Shown here in pieces: positions 60,154-61,276 of a DNA stretch of 61,276 nt. The notes below the pieces were generated by a model. That model saw nothing but the letters and a program-made list of their open reading frames with translations, was not told the DNA's origin and did not search any database. Both the position numbers and the translations under genes were made by a program. The number at the start of each line of letters is the position of its first letter. The stretch's first letter is position 1. Origin of the DNA: an uncultured Candidatus Saccharibacteria bacterium (GTDB lineage Bacteria > Patescibacteriota > WWE3 > JAUXAW01 > CAYREW01); NCBI GenBank assembly GCA_964451675.1, contig CAYVIL010000001.1, positions 1-61,276 of the forward strand. The letters run 5' to 3'.

Positions 60154-61276
60154 CTACCGCACCAAAACGACAGCAGTTGAATCCGTGTATATAAACTTCC
60201 ATCCTAACTCCTTCTGCAGCTTAAAACTAAGCTCAGAACTATTTTCTAGCAAAGCCCAATCAATACTATACCGCCTGAAAACCCCTTCCCACCCCGGCTC
60301 CAACTTCTGCGCTTTCAAATGTTCTTTAAAAATATATTCGCCATCTTTCCGCCAGGCAGGCATACGCCCGTCAACAAATGTTTTATAATTTGGCAGGTGA
60401 TAAATTAAATAACCGCCCCAACCATAGTGGTTGTACATCTGTCCCTCCATACCATGCTCGTTAATATAACTGACAGCATCAACAGGGTACGTATGTCTAT
60501 CAGCAAGGACTCCACCTTCTGTGCTCTGCCAGGTTTCAACTGCTGAAACTGGTCCTGCTGCCAGCAAGGTAGCTGCTAAACCAAGTAACAAAAACCTCTT
60601 AAATACTTGGTCAGCATTTTGGGCTAAAAAGGGGAGTTTTTTAAGTTGGAGTTCTTTACCTAACAATTTAAAACTTTCTAAAATAAAAGGGGCGGAAATT
60701 AAAATTAAAATATGCAGGTAATAATAAGATTTAATACTTGAAACAGCAAAAATAAACTGTGGCAGATAATTTAATAAAATAACAAATCTTTGCTTTGGTG
60801 TTAGATCTTTTCTTGTGATTCGCCAAAGCAGTAAAAAAACAACTGTTGTAATAACAAATATGCTTAACCGTCCTACAGCATGATCACTATTAGGTGTTAA
60901 CCACTCATTTATATTCCTATGCATTGCTGTTGCTCCAACTTCTTTAAACAGTGTTGTCCACAAGTGGTATGTGTAGGGGTTAAGCAAGGTTGCTGCTGTG
61001 CTAGCAAGCAATATGAATAAAATCGGTACTACGTCATTCTGAACTCGATTCAAAATCCGCCCCTCAAAGATTCCGGCCCGGGGGCCGGAATGACAATCAC
61101 AGGATAATAGCAACCTAATTAAAAAACCACCCGCCAGATATAAAGCAAAAACAAACAAGCCAATCACCCAATCAGCATGCATATTTGCCCACAAAGCAAA
61201 AAGAGGAACAAGAAAAAGCAAATATTTATCAAACCCCTTCTTCCTATACCTTTCTAAAAGAAGGACCTCGACTGCC
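60154..61276 (-). CDS. Polytopic membrane protein with a soluble C-terminal domain, 5'-truncated by the window edge (possibly another large glycosyltransferase)
   Basis: The track start at 61221 is a TTG. The same frame stays open upstream to position 61275 (...AVEVLLLERYRKKGFDKYLLFLVPLF...), so the gene continues beyond the window. Confidence 0.6.
   Translation of the reverse strand, partial: AVEVLLLERYRKKGFDKYLLFLVPLFALWANMHADWVIGLFVFALYLAGGFLIRLLLSCDCHSGPRAGIFEGRILNRVQNDVVPILFILLASTAATLLNPYTYHLWTTLFKEVGATAMHRNINEWLTPNSDHAVGRLSIFVITTVVFLLLWRITRKDLTPKQRFVILLNYLPQFIFAVSSIKSYYYLHILILISAPFILESFKLLGKELQLKKLPFLAQNADQVFKRFLLLGLAATLLAAGPVSAVETWQSTEGGVLADRHTYPVDAVSYINEHGMEGQMYNHYGWGGYLIYHLPNYKTFVDGRMPAWRKDGEYIFKEHLKAQKLEPGWEGVFRRYSIDWALLENSSELSFKLQKELGWKFIYTDSTAVVLVR

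Noticed and set aside
1-61276. Mobile elements, CRISPR arrays, restriction-modification systems or known defence genes anywhere in the window.
   Set aside because: No transposase, integrase, recombinase, Cas, methyltransferase or reverse-transcriptase motifs appeared in any of the listed ORF translations. I also noticed no long terminal or tandem repeats beyond the short ones reported above.

Overview
This is a 61.3-kb, gene-dense chromosomal window with about 58 CDS and one tRNA-Cys. I saw no rRNA, CRISPR array, transposase or integrase. The content is housekeeping plus cell-envelope work. Housekeeping genes are gap, pgk, hrcA-grpE-dnaK, a class-II DnaJ, two UvrD-type helicases (one fused to a Cas4-like nuclease), rmuC, ruvX, alaS, holA-like, rpsT, an rpsO-pnp...rnj block and ftsK. 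Envelope genes are murJ, two FemAB paralogues, LCP, sortase, rodZ-like, SpoIID, a glucosaminidase and a run of polytopic glycosyltransferases (GT2 with QxxRW, GT4 WecA/MraY-like, GT39-like, O-antigen-ligase+TPR, UbiA/DPPR-synthase-like). HrcA, GrpE, AlaRS, PGK and Lon are all shortened, and there are no biosynthetic or respiratory genes. That fits a reduced Patescibacteria/CPR-type genome, but this is inference only. Four things stand out. (1) An autonomous three-gene cassette of unrecognisable 126-135 aa proteins (5400..6554, minus) has its own near-consensus promoter, GGAGG sites and terminator, and sits where dnaJ normally follows dnaK. (2) A minimal type-IV-secretion-like module (43231..47542) consists of a PrgI/VirB3-like protein fused to a charged linker and a CarboxypepD_reg-like domain, a 228-aa ORF and a VirB4 ATPase, with no relaxase, coupling protein or channel genes. 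(3) An extended -10 box (TGnTAnnnT) lies 7-10 nt upstream of at least 15 start codons, which suggests leaderless mRNAs and corrects several ORF-track starts. (4) A stand-alone aldehyde:ferredoxin-oxidoreductase N-domain protein abuts the LCP gene. All homology calls come from motif recognition by eye; no searches were run.
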